From Nanobdellota archaeon (lineage in GTDB: Archaea; Aenigmatarchaeota; Aenigmatarchaeia; QMZP01): a DNA stretch of 64,000 nt. Each line of letters begins with the position of its first letter. Position 1 is the stretch's first letter. Made by a program: the position numbers and the translations under genes. The DNA lies in NCBI GenBank assembly GCA_018816245.1, contig JAHIVW010000003.1:389150-453149 (forward strand), given 5' to 3'. The notes beneath the pieces are model-generated. The model saw only the letters and a list, made by a program, of their open reading frames with translations, searched no databases and was not told the DNA's origin. Below, in pieces: positions 46,647 through 55,591 of the stretch.

Positions 46647-47963
46647 CTACTTCCGTTTCGTTGCCCAGAACCCACCGAGGCCAATAACAATCAGCACCAA
46701 CAGGATAATACCGACAATCCCGCCAAGGAGCAGCGGATCCCAGCCTGCTGGCACAGCAGCGCACTGGTTCCCGTCACAACCGTTCGGACAGGTCTCGATT
46801 ACCGTCCAGCTCATGCCGTCCGTGGCACACTGCTGTCGCGATCCTGAAGAACATTGGACCGCTCCTGGTGTGCACACAGTCGTGGCGGCGGCTGCTTGTT
46901 CCCCGACAACTGCGAAGGTTGAGAAACCCGGAGTTTCTGCTTCGAATTGGTAGCCGGTTGCAGTCTCTCCGGTGAAGGTTGTTGCCAGGGTCTGCCATTC
47001 TCCACCGCTGTACCGGAGGAGGGTAATGGCGTCTTTGTCAATATTACTTTCCATGATCCAGAGCTTGGTCACTTCGAAGTCGATGCTCGCATGTTTGAGC
47101 ATGTTTTCAATGTTGGTGAGATCGATTGTGATATACTTGAACACGAGCTGCGACACGGTCGCACCGCTTGGTGTCACCGCCGTTGCAGGCGGCGCTGTTC
47201 CCACGGTTGTGGGCAAGCCTGATTGTGTCGAAACGCTGATCATAACATTGGATGCTGTTCCGGTTGTTTCAATCCTGATGCCTTTCATAAACAGGCCTGC
47301 GGTGTCAAAGACGATCTTTTGTGGAGTGCCAGCAGAGATCTTGTTCACTGTTTTGCTGGCAGTAACCGGCTGTTCCACGGGTGCAGGTTCTTCCTCCTCT
47401 TCTTCGCTTGAGGAGGTGGTTCCGCCGGAGCCTGTGCTGCCGCCTGTTCCGCCACCCGTGCCACCACCAGTGGAGGTGCAGGTTCCAATGGTGCCAGCGA
47501 CATTACAGTCATACCCTGATGTGGTGCAGGCGGTGTTGCAGCAGTAGCCGTCAACGCAATATGTTGAGTTACACGATCCTCCATATGTACAGGCAACGCC
47601 GTTGGCATACGGGTTGACGGTAAGGTTGAGTGACGAAGAATTCCCAATCACGGTCCAGAGTTGTGGTGAGTTATTGGTCGGATAGGCAGGGAGATCGAAT
47701 ACTTTAAATGTAATGTTCGCACCAGCACCAGCAGCCACGTGAATCAGGTACCAACCTAAAGTAAGCTTGCCAAGGGTGGCATTTGAGTGTGCTGTTGAAC
47801 TGCCGTTGATGAAAGAAAAGATCAGGGCTCCGTCTGGACTGGCATTTCCTGTCATTGTAATACCGCCGAACCAGTCAGCAACGTTTGTTGTCTGCGCGGT
47901 AACCTGTGGCATGAGCAAGGCGGCGGCGATAATCATTCCCGCCAATATCCGAACGTGGTTCAT
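46647..47963 (-). CDS. Secreted PGF-pre-PGF domain surface protein with a C-terminal anchor
   Basis: A signal peptide is present, then a Cys-rich region, a GGGTGGGTGGSTGSGGTT linker and an acidic run. TKLWIMESNIDKDAITLLRYSGGEWQTLATT...YQFEAETPGFSTFAVVG is the hallmark end of the PGF-pre-PGF domain. The C-terminus is PAGWDP, then a TM helix, then KRK. Confidence 0.7.
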   Translation of the reverse strand: MNHVRILAGMIIAAALLMPQVTAQTTNVADWFGGITMTGNASPDGALIFSFINGSSTAHSNATLGKLTLGWYLIHVAAGAGANITFKVFDLPAYPTNNSPQLWTVIGNSSSLNLTVNPYANGVACTYGGSCNSTYCVDGYCCNTACTTSGYDCNVAGTIGTCTSTGGGTGGGTGGSTGSGGTTSSSEEEEEEPAPVEQPVTASKTVNKISAGTPQKIVFDTAGLFMKGIRIETTGTASNVMISVSTQSGLPTTVGTAPPATAVTPSGATVSQLVFKYITIDLTNIENMLKHASIDFEVTKLWIMESNIDKDAITLLRYSGGEWQTLATTFTGETATGYQFEAETPGFSTFAVVGEQAAAATTVCTPGAVQCSSGSRQQCATDGMSWTVIETCPNGCDGNQCAAVPAGWDPLLLGGIVGIILLVLIVIGLGGFWATKRK

Positions 47964-47967
47964 AGCA

Positions 47968-50900
47968 TCAGACGATCTGGATCGTATCTGTGACGTTTGC
48001 GTTGATCCAGTAGGGGAAGGCGCTTCCCGAGATTGTGGTGAGGTCGTTCACTGCTCGACCTGGCACAAAGGTTTTCCACGTGTTGCTTCCTCCTTCGGCT
48101 GTCGTATTGTAGTGGTGGACTGCAGTGAAGTTACCCCAGATGCTTGCAAGCACATTCTGCACGGTCTTGTTGCCGCTTACTGAGGAGGCGGAGATCGTGA
48201 AGGATATAACTTCGAAGCGGTTGGAGAAGTTTGCATTCGTATCAAGCACACCACACTGCGGGAACTCGATTGCCCAGTCAGAGTAGTTGGCAAAGCCGAT
48301 GTTCGTGATCCCAACAACACCATTTCCAGCACGATCGGTGATCCCGTAAGCAAACATGTCAAGCAAGCCGTTCTCGCCGGGGTACGGGCTACCACATCCC
48401 GTCTTCACCCCAAGAACTTCGAATTTCTCATGGGCTGCATCGGTCATGTTCAGCACAAGGACTGAGGTATTCGTGCTGTTGAGGATAGCAACAATGACGG
48501 TATTCGGGTTGTTAGCACTTACATTGAATCCATTGAATCCATTTTCAAAGCTGCTTTGGTTATCCGTTATCGTGACGCTATCATAGTTGAATGCTGCCGT
48601 GTTAATGGTTTCATTGAACCGGAAGGTCAGCGTCTTCTCCATGAAGCTGTAGTTCCACGTAACGAGGCCAGGGGCCACGGTGTCAGTCGTCACGTACCAG
48701 CGTGACGTGTTCATAACGATGTTCCCGGCAGAATCGTTCATGTATATGGTGAAGTTGATCGGGATGTTCGGCTGGCTGGTGAAGTTGTAGCTACATGACT
48801 TGTTCCCTGCGTCAGGATCGCTCGTGAAGTTCCCAGAGCCCGTCCCGTTCTTCCAGTCAAACACGCACTGGAATGGATTGGTCTCTGTGTATGACATGTT
48901 CACGAATACATAGGACACGTTTGTGTAGGAGTTGTTCAGCTCCGGGGTGATGAGATTGACATCGGCCGGTGGTGTGGTGTCAGTCAACGCGAAGAATACC
49001 TGGTATGAACTATTACTATTGCCCGCGGAGTCCGAGACAAAGAAGGTGTAATTGACCGGCCCGGAGGAGACGGCTGTGAGGTTCACCGAACAACCAGAGA
49101 AGTTCTGCAGGGTGTACTTTGTGTGCGTCATCGTCACGTTCGTGAGGCCGCTTGAGTTTCCGAACTCAACAACACAACTCGTGCTGTTCATGTTGGTCTC
49201 GTTTATCGTGTAGTTAATGAAAACATAGGTCCCGTTGAGCGTCGAGTCGTTTTGGACGGCTGTGGAGTTCCAGATCGCCGTGGGCACGACCGTGTCACGC
49301 GTCACCGTAAGCATCTTGGATGAGTTGCTGTTGCCAGCGACGTCAGTCACGAAGAGAGTGAGGTTCCAGATTCCGTCACTGAGGCCGGTGAAATTGTAAT
49401 TACATTCCAGACTCTCGTCGCCTCCGACATAATCTGCTGTGTAGTTGGCAACTGAGTCATTGCTGAACTGGAACGTGCAGCTGGTCGCGTTCACGTGGGT
49501 TTCGTTGACCGTGAAGTTGGCAGTGATGTAGTCCTTGATGATGTACGAACCGTTCAGTTCTTCTGTATCGCTGCTATTGTCGATCTTGTTCGGGACAAGG
49601 GTATCGATCGTAAAGTTGATGAATGGTGTCACGTTGCTGTTCTCAGCAGAGTCGTTGAAGAACAGCTTCGCTGACCAGGAGGCATTCGTACCGATGTTGT
49701 TCTGGGCGAGCAATCCAATGCCGCAGCTCATGCCAGCACCAGTTGCTGTCCGGGTCAGAGTTCCCGTGTAGTTCACTGCAGTCCCGTTGTTGAACTCGAT
49801 GAGACACTGGTCAGGATTGGTCTCGTTGATCGTGTAGTTGAAGTTGATGCTTGTGATCGAATTGTTGCTGCTTGTGCCAAGGGTACCGTTGGACTGGTTC
49901 AACTGATTCGGCTCAAGGATATCGACGATGTACGTGATCAGTTGTGACTTGTTCTGATTGCCAGCGACGTCAGTCACCCAGAGGGTGGCATTAATGATGC
50001 CTTCGTTGGCAGTGGTGAAGTTGTAGGTGCAGTTGAGCGAGGAGCCGCCGCCCTCCAGGGCTGCGGTGTAGTTGGCAGCGCTGCCGTTGTGAGTGATCTC
50101 GATGAGACAGCTGGTCGCGTTGATGTGCGACTCGTTTACGGTGAAGTTAAAGGTGACTCCGGGACCGCCGGTGTAGGAAGCATTAATATAGGTGCCGTTA
50201 AAGAGGGAACCGCCACTGATGTCGATGTTGTTCGGAACCAAGGAGTCGACTGTGAAATTCTCGAGGACAGATTGATTCGAGTTCCCTGCTGTATCATTCA
50301 CAAAGACCTTGTGTGACCATGAGGCATTCGTGAGGAGGTTGTTCTGAACCGTAAGGGTGATGCCACAGGACGTGTTCAGGCCAGAGCCGCTTCGGGTTCC
50401 TGAATAGTTCGTTACGGTCCCGTTATTGAACTCGACCACACAAACATCAGGATTCGTCTCATTGTACGTGTAATTGAAGGTCACGGTCGTTGACGTGACG
50501 TTGCTGTCAAGCGTTGGAGTGGGAACATTAGTTACCAACAAACCTGGAGCAGAGATTTCTGCCGTCGTTGTCATCGGGGAAGCCTCTGATCCATTGTTCG
50601 CAAGGAGGCTTCCAAGGTCCGTCATGTTGAAGAAGAATTGCAACACTTCAGTGTCACTGAGAATTGCAGAAAGATCTTTCGTCGTATTACAATCATAGAT
50701 TCGCACTCCTGAAGCTTTTTCATAACATGAAAGTGTTGCAGAAGTGTAGCTGCCCGCGCCTGCTGGTTTATAATAGACTGTCACGTTGGAACTTGGATCA
50801 ATGTTCTCTTCATTGACGGTAACCTCAAAGAGAATATTAGAAAGACCACCGAGAAGTGAACCCGGAACCGGACTGGTCTCATTCAAGGTAGCGTTTGTCG

Positions 50901-53028
50901 AGTCGCGAGTCACTGTGATGAGCTTGGAGCTGTTTTGGTTGCCGGCAACATCAGTCACCCAGAGGGTAGCGTTGAGGATACTATCATTAGCATTAGTGAA
51001 GTTGTACGTACAGTTCAGACTCTCGCCACCGCCCATAAAGGCTGCCGTGTAATTCGCGAGGCTGCCATTATGGGCAATCTGCACGACGCAGCTGGTCGCG
51101 TTGATGTGTGATTCGTTTACTGTGAAGTTGAAAGAAACATAATTGTTTTGCGTGAATGATCCGTTCAGGTTTGCCATTCCGGAGCTATTGTCGATCTGGC
51201 GCGGCTCACTGGTGTCAATTGTAAAGTTCACTAATGGTGTGGAGTTGCTGTTGCCCGCGGAGTCGTTGAAGAATAGCTTCGCTGACCAGCTGATTCCAAT
51301 GGAATCGTTCCCCGGAAGGAGGTCGGCGAGACAGCTCATGCCGACACCAGTCGATGTGTTGGTCAGGATTCCGGTGTAGTTCGTTACAGTCCCGTTGTTG
51401 AACTCGATCAGACAGCTGTGTGGATTCGTCTCGTTTATGGTGTAGTTGAACTTTAGGCTCGTCACTGAGATGTTTGTATTGGCGAAGGTTCCGGCAGACG
51501 GGGTCCCGTTGGATGCATTCAGGTTGTTTGGGACAAGGGTATCGATCGTGTATGTGATAAGCCTCGAGGAGTTGCTGTTGCCAGCGACGTCAGTCACGAA
51601 GAATGTTGTGTTAATGATGCTGTCAGTGGGACTCGCGAAGAGATAGGTACAATTCAAGGTGGCACCGCCACTTTTTGGGACTCCAGTATAGTTCGCCGCA
51701 GTGCCGTTGTGGGTGATCTGGAACGTGCAGCTGGTCGCGTTGATGTGTGATTCGTTCGCAGTGAAGTTGAAGTCGATGCCATCACCAAGCGCAGTTGAGT
51801 TGAAGTACGTGCCATTGCTATAGGCCCCGGTGCTGATGCCGATCTGGAACGCTTCAACGACATCCTGCGTGAAATTATACGTTGGACTAATGTTGCTGTT
51901 CCCAGCAGAGTCGTTCACGAAGAAGAAGTAGGACCAGCTGATTCCAATGGAATCGTTCGGAAGGATCAGAGCAGCAGTACAGTGGGTTCCGGTTCCTGAA
52001 CCGATCCTGGACATTGAGAAATTGGTAAGTGTGCCGTTGTTCAGGGTCACGATGCAACTATTCGGGTTGGTATCATTCCAACTCACATTGAACGTTGGTG
52101 TACCGACCGAGCTATTGGAATCGGGGATCGGCGATCCTGTTGTATTGATAACATTATTCGGGAGGGTTTGATCAATAGTGAACGAATTCGGACTGGTTTC
52201 AGTTCCGTTTGTACCGAGCAGACTCACCGTGTCAGTTGTGTTCCAGAAGTACTGGATCACCTCGCCGTCGTCCGCGAACCACTCCATGTCGTTAAGTGTC
52301 AAATTACAGAGCTTGACTGCAGCCGTTCCTTCGCACAGTGTGGTCACATTGCGCTGGTACGTTCCAGTGCCGCTCTTACGCCAGTAAAAAGTGACGTTGC
52401 CTTTCCCGAAGCCGTTGGCATTGGTACTGATGTTAATATTTTGGTCAGTCAAGATGACCGAAACCAAGGGTGTCAGGTCGTTCGTGAACCCGTTCGTATT
52501 CGGAGAGGTCTCGTTGATCACCGGTGCCTGCGAGTCGTTCTTGTTTACGTTGTGGACCGTGCCATTCGACGGACCAAGTGATGCATTGATATCGAGGAGG
52601 ACGAAGACGGTAACAGCTTCGGTACCGTTTCCTGCTGTAGTACTGACATTGAAGTAGAACGTCGCACTTGTGTTCGTTGTTTCGTTATTGAGAATACCAA
52701 TCGCGGTGAGGTTAGAGAACGTGACGTTTGCGGTATTGTTGGTGACGAACGTGATAGCGGAGGTCATGTTTGATCCGTTTGTTCCTTCAATAAAAGTGAA
52801 ATTTGCAGGAAGCTGGAATGTAATATTAGAAATATTGTGACTACCGTTCGCGTTGACAACTGTGAACACGAGTTGAGCGACTGAGGATCCGGATTCGACG
52901 GTATTCGAAGTTGTCGTGTAGCTGTACGCAAACGCAGGAAGAACGTAGTACGCGGTGAGGCCGATAGAGAGAGCTACCAGCAGGAGAACTACCGAAAATT
53001 TGGAAATACCTTTAAATGGCCCCTTCAT
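47968..53028 (-). CDS. Giant secreted surface (S-layer/adhesin-like) protein with extreme N-glycosylation sequon density and modular Ig-like repeats
   Basis: MKGPFKGISKFSVVLLLVALSIGLTAYYVLPAFA is a good signal peptide from the start at 53028; the ORF track gives 53121. N-x-S/T occurs about every 8-10 residues in the stretches I counted. D(T/S)xxP domain junctions and VTDVAGN / NDSAGNSN motifs recur. The stop is 4 nt from the next gene's start. Confidence 0.8.
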   Translation of the reverse strand: MKGPFKGISKFSVVLLLVALSIGLTAYYVLPAFAYSYTTTSNTVESGSSVAQLVFTVVNANGSHNISNITFQLPANFTFIEGTNGSNMTSAITFVTNNTANVTFSNLTAIGILNNETTNTSATFYFNVSTTAGNGTEAVTVFVLLDINASLGPSNGTVHNVNKNDSQAPVINETSPNTNGFTNDLTPLVSVILTDQNINISTNANGFGKGNVTFYWRKSGTGTYQRNVTTLCEGTAAVKLCNLTLNDMEWFADDGEVIQYFWNTTDTVSLLGTNGTETSPNSFTIDQTLPNNVINTTGSPIPDSNSSVGTPTFNVSWNDTNPNSCIVTLNNGTLTNFSMSRIGSGTGTHCTAALILPNDSIGISWSYFFFVNDSAGNSNISPTYNFTQDVVEAFQIGISTGAYSNGTYFNSTALGDGIDFNFTANESHINATSCTFQITHNGTAANYTGVPKSGGATLNCTYLFASPTDSIINTTFFVTDVAGNSNSSRLITYTIDTLVPNNLNASNGTPSAGTFANTNISVTSLKFNYTINETNPHSCLIEFNNGTVTNYTGILTNTSTGVGMSCLADLLPGNDSIGISWSAKLFFNDSAGNSNSTPLVNFTIDTSEPRQIDNSSGMANLNGSFTQNNYVSFNFTVNESHINATSCVVQIAHNGSLANYTAAFMGGGESLNCTYNFTNANDSILNATLWVTDVAGNQNSSKLITVTRDSTNATLNETSPVPGSLLGGLSNILFEVTVNEENIDPSSNVTVYYKPAGAGSYTSATLSCYEKASGVRIYDCNTTKDLSAILSDTEVLQFFFNMTDLGSLLANNGSEASPMTTTAEISAPGLLVTNVPTPTLDSNVTSTTVTFNYTYNETNPDVCVVEFNNGTVTNYSGTRSGSGLNTSCGITLTVQNNLLTNASWSHKVFVNDTAGNSNQSVLENFTVDSLVPNNIDISGGSLFNGTYINASYTGGPGVTFNFTVNESHINATSCLIEITHNGSAANYTAALEGGGSSLNCTYNFTTANEGIINATLWVTDVAGNQNKSQLITYIVDILEPNQLNQSNGTLGTSSNNSITSINFNYTINETNPDQCLIEFNNGTAVNYTGTLTRTATGAGMSCGIGLLAQNNIGTNASWSAKLFFNDSAENSNVTPFINFTIDTLVPNKIDNSSDTEELNGSYIIKDYITANFTVNETHVNATSCTFQFSNDSVANYTADYVGGDESLECNYNFTGLSDGIWNLTLFVTDVAGNSNSSKMLTVTRDTVVPTAIWNSTAVQNDSTLNGTYVFINYTINETNMNSTSCVVEFGNSSGLTNVTMTHTKYTLQNFSGCSVNLTAVSSGPVNYTFFVSDSAGNSNSSYQVFFALTDTTPPADVNLITPELNNSYTNVSYVFVNMSYTETNPFQCVFDWKNGTGSGNFTSDPDAGNKSCSYNFTSQPNIPINFTIYMNDSAGNIVMNTSRWYVTTDTVAPGLVTWNYSFMEKTLTFRFNETINTAAFNYDSVTITDNQSSFENGFNGFNVSANNPNTVIVAILNSTNTSVLVLNMTDAAHEKFEVLGVKTGCGSPYPGENGLLDMFAYGITDRAGNGVVGITNIGFANYSDWAIEFPQCGVLDTNANFSNRFEVISFTISASSVSGNKTVQNVLASIWGNFTAVHHYNTTAEGGSNTWKTFVPGRAVNDLTTISGSAFPYWINANVTDTIQIV
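49100..52100 (-). repeat. Alternating A/B module repeats inside the giant surface-protein gene
   Basis: Near-identical DNA blocks recur. GCCAGCGACGTCAGTCAC occurs near 49335, 49961 and 51585, with a variant near 50945. GCTGGTCGCGTTGATGTG occurs near 50111, 51091 and 51731. Boundaries are approximate. Confidence 0.6.
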
Positions 53029-53168
53029 TAACCCCACGCTTGGTAGGAGTTGGTTTCCTGAGTTTATAAAGATTACCAATGTCGTCCCCACATGGTGTGG
53101 GAAGGTTGTGTATTTGGTCAAAAACCTATTTCTATATATTATTCTAGTGAAAGGGTATTAGGAACAAT

Positions 53169-53285
53169 GCGTCGGTAGTCTAGCGGTAGGACCCAGATCC
53201 TTGGAAACTCAGAGCGCAGTGCGCAATGACCAAGAAGGGAAAGCCTTCCAAGCCTGTGACCCGGGTTCGATTCCCGGTCGACGCA
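53169..53285 (+). tRNA. tRNA-Gly (anticodon TCC) with a 46-nt intron (53197..53242) between positions 29 and 30 of the anticodon stem
   Basis: Exons splice to GCGTCGG-TA-GTCT-AGCGGTA-GGAC-C-CAG|GC-CTTCCAA-GCCTG-TGAC-CCGGG-TTCGATT-CCCGG-TCGACGC-A. The 71-nt product closely resembles typical archaeal tRNA-Gly(UCC). The stem CAGGC/GCCTG forms only after the intron is removed. Confidence 0.85.
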
Positions 53286-53471
53286 TTCTTTTCATTTCTG
53301 TACAAAACAAAACATATTTTACAAAACGAATCAGATCTTACACACTGTTTTAATGGCTGTTCCTCTTGGTTTTCGTTTCGAAAATTTTTTGTTGTAATTC
53401 TTTGTGTATTATTTTTGCGGTAATGGTATTTTTATGTTCTGTTAGATTGTTGTCATCTCTGTTTTCTGGTT

Positions 53472-53486
53472 TATAACGCTGTTATA
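53472..53486. promoter_or_regulatory. Palindromic motif TATAACGCTGTTATA next to a 12-bp-stem hairpin (53492..53546)
   Basis: Seen in the DNA. It is the fourth copy of the palindrome-plus-hairpin module. Here no gene start lies within 50 nt. Confidence 0.35.
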
Positions 53487-53551
53487 TTAATCCAAACAAA
53501 CGGCACGTCATGTCAGTGAGATGTGACACACGCACCGTTCGTTTGGGCACC

Positions 53552-54055
53552 TTACATGCCGAAGCTCTCGAGTTGCTGAAACTCCTTGAGCTTCTTACCA
53601 GCAGTCTCGATGACCTGGTCCACGAACTTGGCCTCTCCTTCGTCGGCGATGGCGAGCTTCTCCAGACCACTCCGCAGCGCGAACTCGAGGGCCTTCTTGT
53701 GGACGATCCCCTCGTTGAGGGGTTTGAGGGCATCGGCGAGTATACCAAAGGCCCTTCCCAAGATCAACCGGATCATCGGTGTCCCTTCACAGGGAACCGG
53801 TTTCCGGTCCTTGGTACTGTTGCAGTTCAGGAGGAGTTGCCAGTCCGTCGTCTTCCCCAGAAGTCGGCCCTCGTTGATCTGCTCGCGGAGGAACATGATT
53901 CGCGCACAGACATGCGCGAGGATATTCAGGAAAACGGGCCTGAATTCGTCCTCAAGGGCCGTTGCCTTGACCGTGATCGGATCAGGCGCTTCCGTGACTT
54001 CCGTGATGAGTTCTGTCTCCTCAATTGGAGAAAGAGGCTCCACATGCTCGTTCAT
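53552..54055 (-). CDS. Hypothetical protein (167 aa)
   Basis: AAGGAG lies 7 nt upstream of the ATG at 54055; the ORF track gives 54097. The opposite-strand ORF 53510..54175 looks like a shadow frame. Its C-terminal half is weakly similar to the N-terminal half of 44832..45284. Confidence 0.5.
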   Translation of the reverse strand: MNEHVEPLSPIEETELITEVTEAPDPITVKATALEDEFRPVFLNILAHVCARIMFLREQINEGRLLGKTTDWQLLLNCNSTKDRKPVPCEGTPMIRLILGRAFGILADALKPLNEGIVHKKALEFALRSGLEKLAIADEGEAKFVDQVIETAGKKLKEFQQLESFGM

Positions 54056-54252
54056 GAGTTCTCCTTGCCCACAGGGCGTTTCGCGATGCCTTTCCATGAT
54101 TGTGAACCAAAGACAACGAACGTCGTTATCTTTTCAGAACAAGAAACCTGCCACTCCTACTGTCATTCCTGCTGAGGCGTTACCGATCAGGCAACGGAAG
54201 ACAGATGGAGCAGTGATAAGAGCATGAACACTAACACGAGGTAGGGAAGAAA

Positions 54253-54833
54253 TTATTTAAGCGCTTCCGAAGGCGTTCCCGTGGCTCGCGCGTCTTTCAG
54301 TGCCGCAGCATACCATTCCAGGCTGTCCAGAAACAGTGACACCTTCTGGTTATATGAGGCATTCAGGGCCGTGCCTTTCTCATCAAAGGACGTCTGGACC
54401 TGGGAAATCGGGAACGCTGCCGGGATGCTCGTGGTACCAAGGTCTGCCAGGATCTCTCGTAAATGGATTCCTGCACGCACCCCGCCGAACGGACCAGTCG
54501 AATACGTCACGATCCCGCTCGGCTTGAAGGCGAACTCAGCAGGACCGAAGTGATCCAGCAGGTTCTTCAGTGCCGGAGGCACGCTGTGATTGTATTCCGC
54601 ACACACCACCACGAAGGAGTCCGCCTTCCTGAGGAGCTGCGCGAGACGTTCGAGCAGCTCGGGGCTTTCTGGTACTCCTTGTACCGCTTGTCCAAGAGCG
54701 GGAGGGGATGTTCCAATGGGTCGATCAGCACTGCTTCGTGGCCGCGTTCCTGCAGCTTAGTCACAAAGAATCGGGCTGCCTTGATGCCCTGTCGCTCGGA
54801 CCGGACAGATCCATAGAGAACAGTGATGTTCAT
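54253..54833 (-). pseudogene. NAD(P)H-dependent FMN reductase (flavodoxin-like), interrupted by a single-base frameshift
   Basis: The N-terminal ORF (MNITVLYGSVRSERQG...) and the C-terminal ORF (..VVCAEYNHSVPPALKNLLDHF..) join into one collinear protein (..KEYQKAP/ELLERLAQLLRKADSFVVVCAEYN..) if one base is added or removed at the G4 run 54661..54664. Confidence 0.7.
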
Positions 54834-54914
54834 GAAGAATCCCTGGTGTTCAGAAATATAATCTTCTCATTGTCCCTTCAACACGGTATTAAGGCAGGAA
54901 ACGAGAAAAACACC

Positions 54915-55232
54915 ATGCACGAGACCGTGATCGCCAATCAGCTCATCGAAGAAGCCCGGCGGCACGGCGACGTGAAAGCAGTCACCATCGAAGTTGGGAT
55001 GGTGGCACACCTGACTGCCGAGGAATTGGAACGGACCATGGCAGCACTTGTTGACTGGGAATTACACATTACTGATGTGCCAGCAAGGGTTTCCTGTGTA
55101 TGCGGCTTTACTGGAGAACCACAGATTCTTGGCCGCGGTCATGACATGTGTTTGTATGTCTGTCCGAAGTGTTCCGGTGCTCCTGACATCATCTCAGGTG
55201 GTGATATCAAGATCGTATCTGTGGACGTATGA
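54915..55232 (+). CDS. hypA: Hydrogenase nickel-insertion protein HypA
   Basis: MHE is the characteristic N-terminus. The protein is 105 aa. Zn-site cysteines are C-x-C...C-P-x-C. Confidence 0.85.
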   Translation: MHETVIANQLIEEARRHGDVKAVTIEVGMVAHLTAEELERTMAALVDWELHITDVPARVSCVCGFTGEPQILGRGHDMCLYVCPKCSGAPDIISGGDIKIVSVDV

Positions 55233-55591
55233 CAACGGTGCTGTGTTTCGGGAATCCGCACTTGCAGGACGACAGTCTCGTTGCATCGCTCATGTCGTCA
55301 TTAGCGCTTCCTGGGATCGAATTCATTTCGTGCACCACGCCTGATGACCTGTTGTTGCACAAGGATTTCATCATTCTTGATGTGGCTAAAGGCATTACAG
55401 AACCTGTGTTCCTTGCTAATCCCGATCAATTACGGACGCGAAACCTTGTTTCCCTGCATGATTTTGATCTGAACTTTTTTTTGAAGTTGTACGCGAAACT
55501 GGGAAACCATTTCAAGGTACTGGCAATCCCGTACGACTATGATAAAGAAAAGGCTGTGACCGCGATTACGGAACTGCTTACACCCAGGTAA
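55229..55591 (+). CDS. NiFe hydrogenase maturation endopeptidase (HycI/HyaD-like)
   Basis: VLCFGNPHLQDDSL matches the GN.x.DD motif. A later HDFD motif is present. The protein is 120 aa and overlaps hypA by 4 nt. Confidence 0.7.
   Translation: MTTVLCFGNPHLQDDSLVASLMSSLALPGIEFISCTTPDDLLLHKDFIILDVAKGITEPVFLANPDQLRTRNLVSLHDFDLNFFLKLYAKLGNHFKVLAIPYDYDKEKAVTAITELLTPR

Noticed and set aside
53226-53423. A 65-aa ORF overlapping the 3' exon of tRNA-Gly.
   Set aside because: It overlaps a well-supported tRNA gene and runs into a T-rich spacer. It is most likely spurious.
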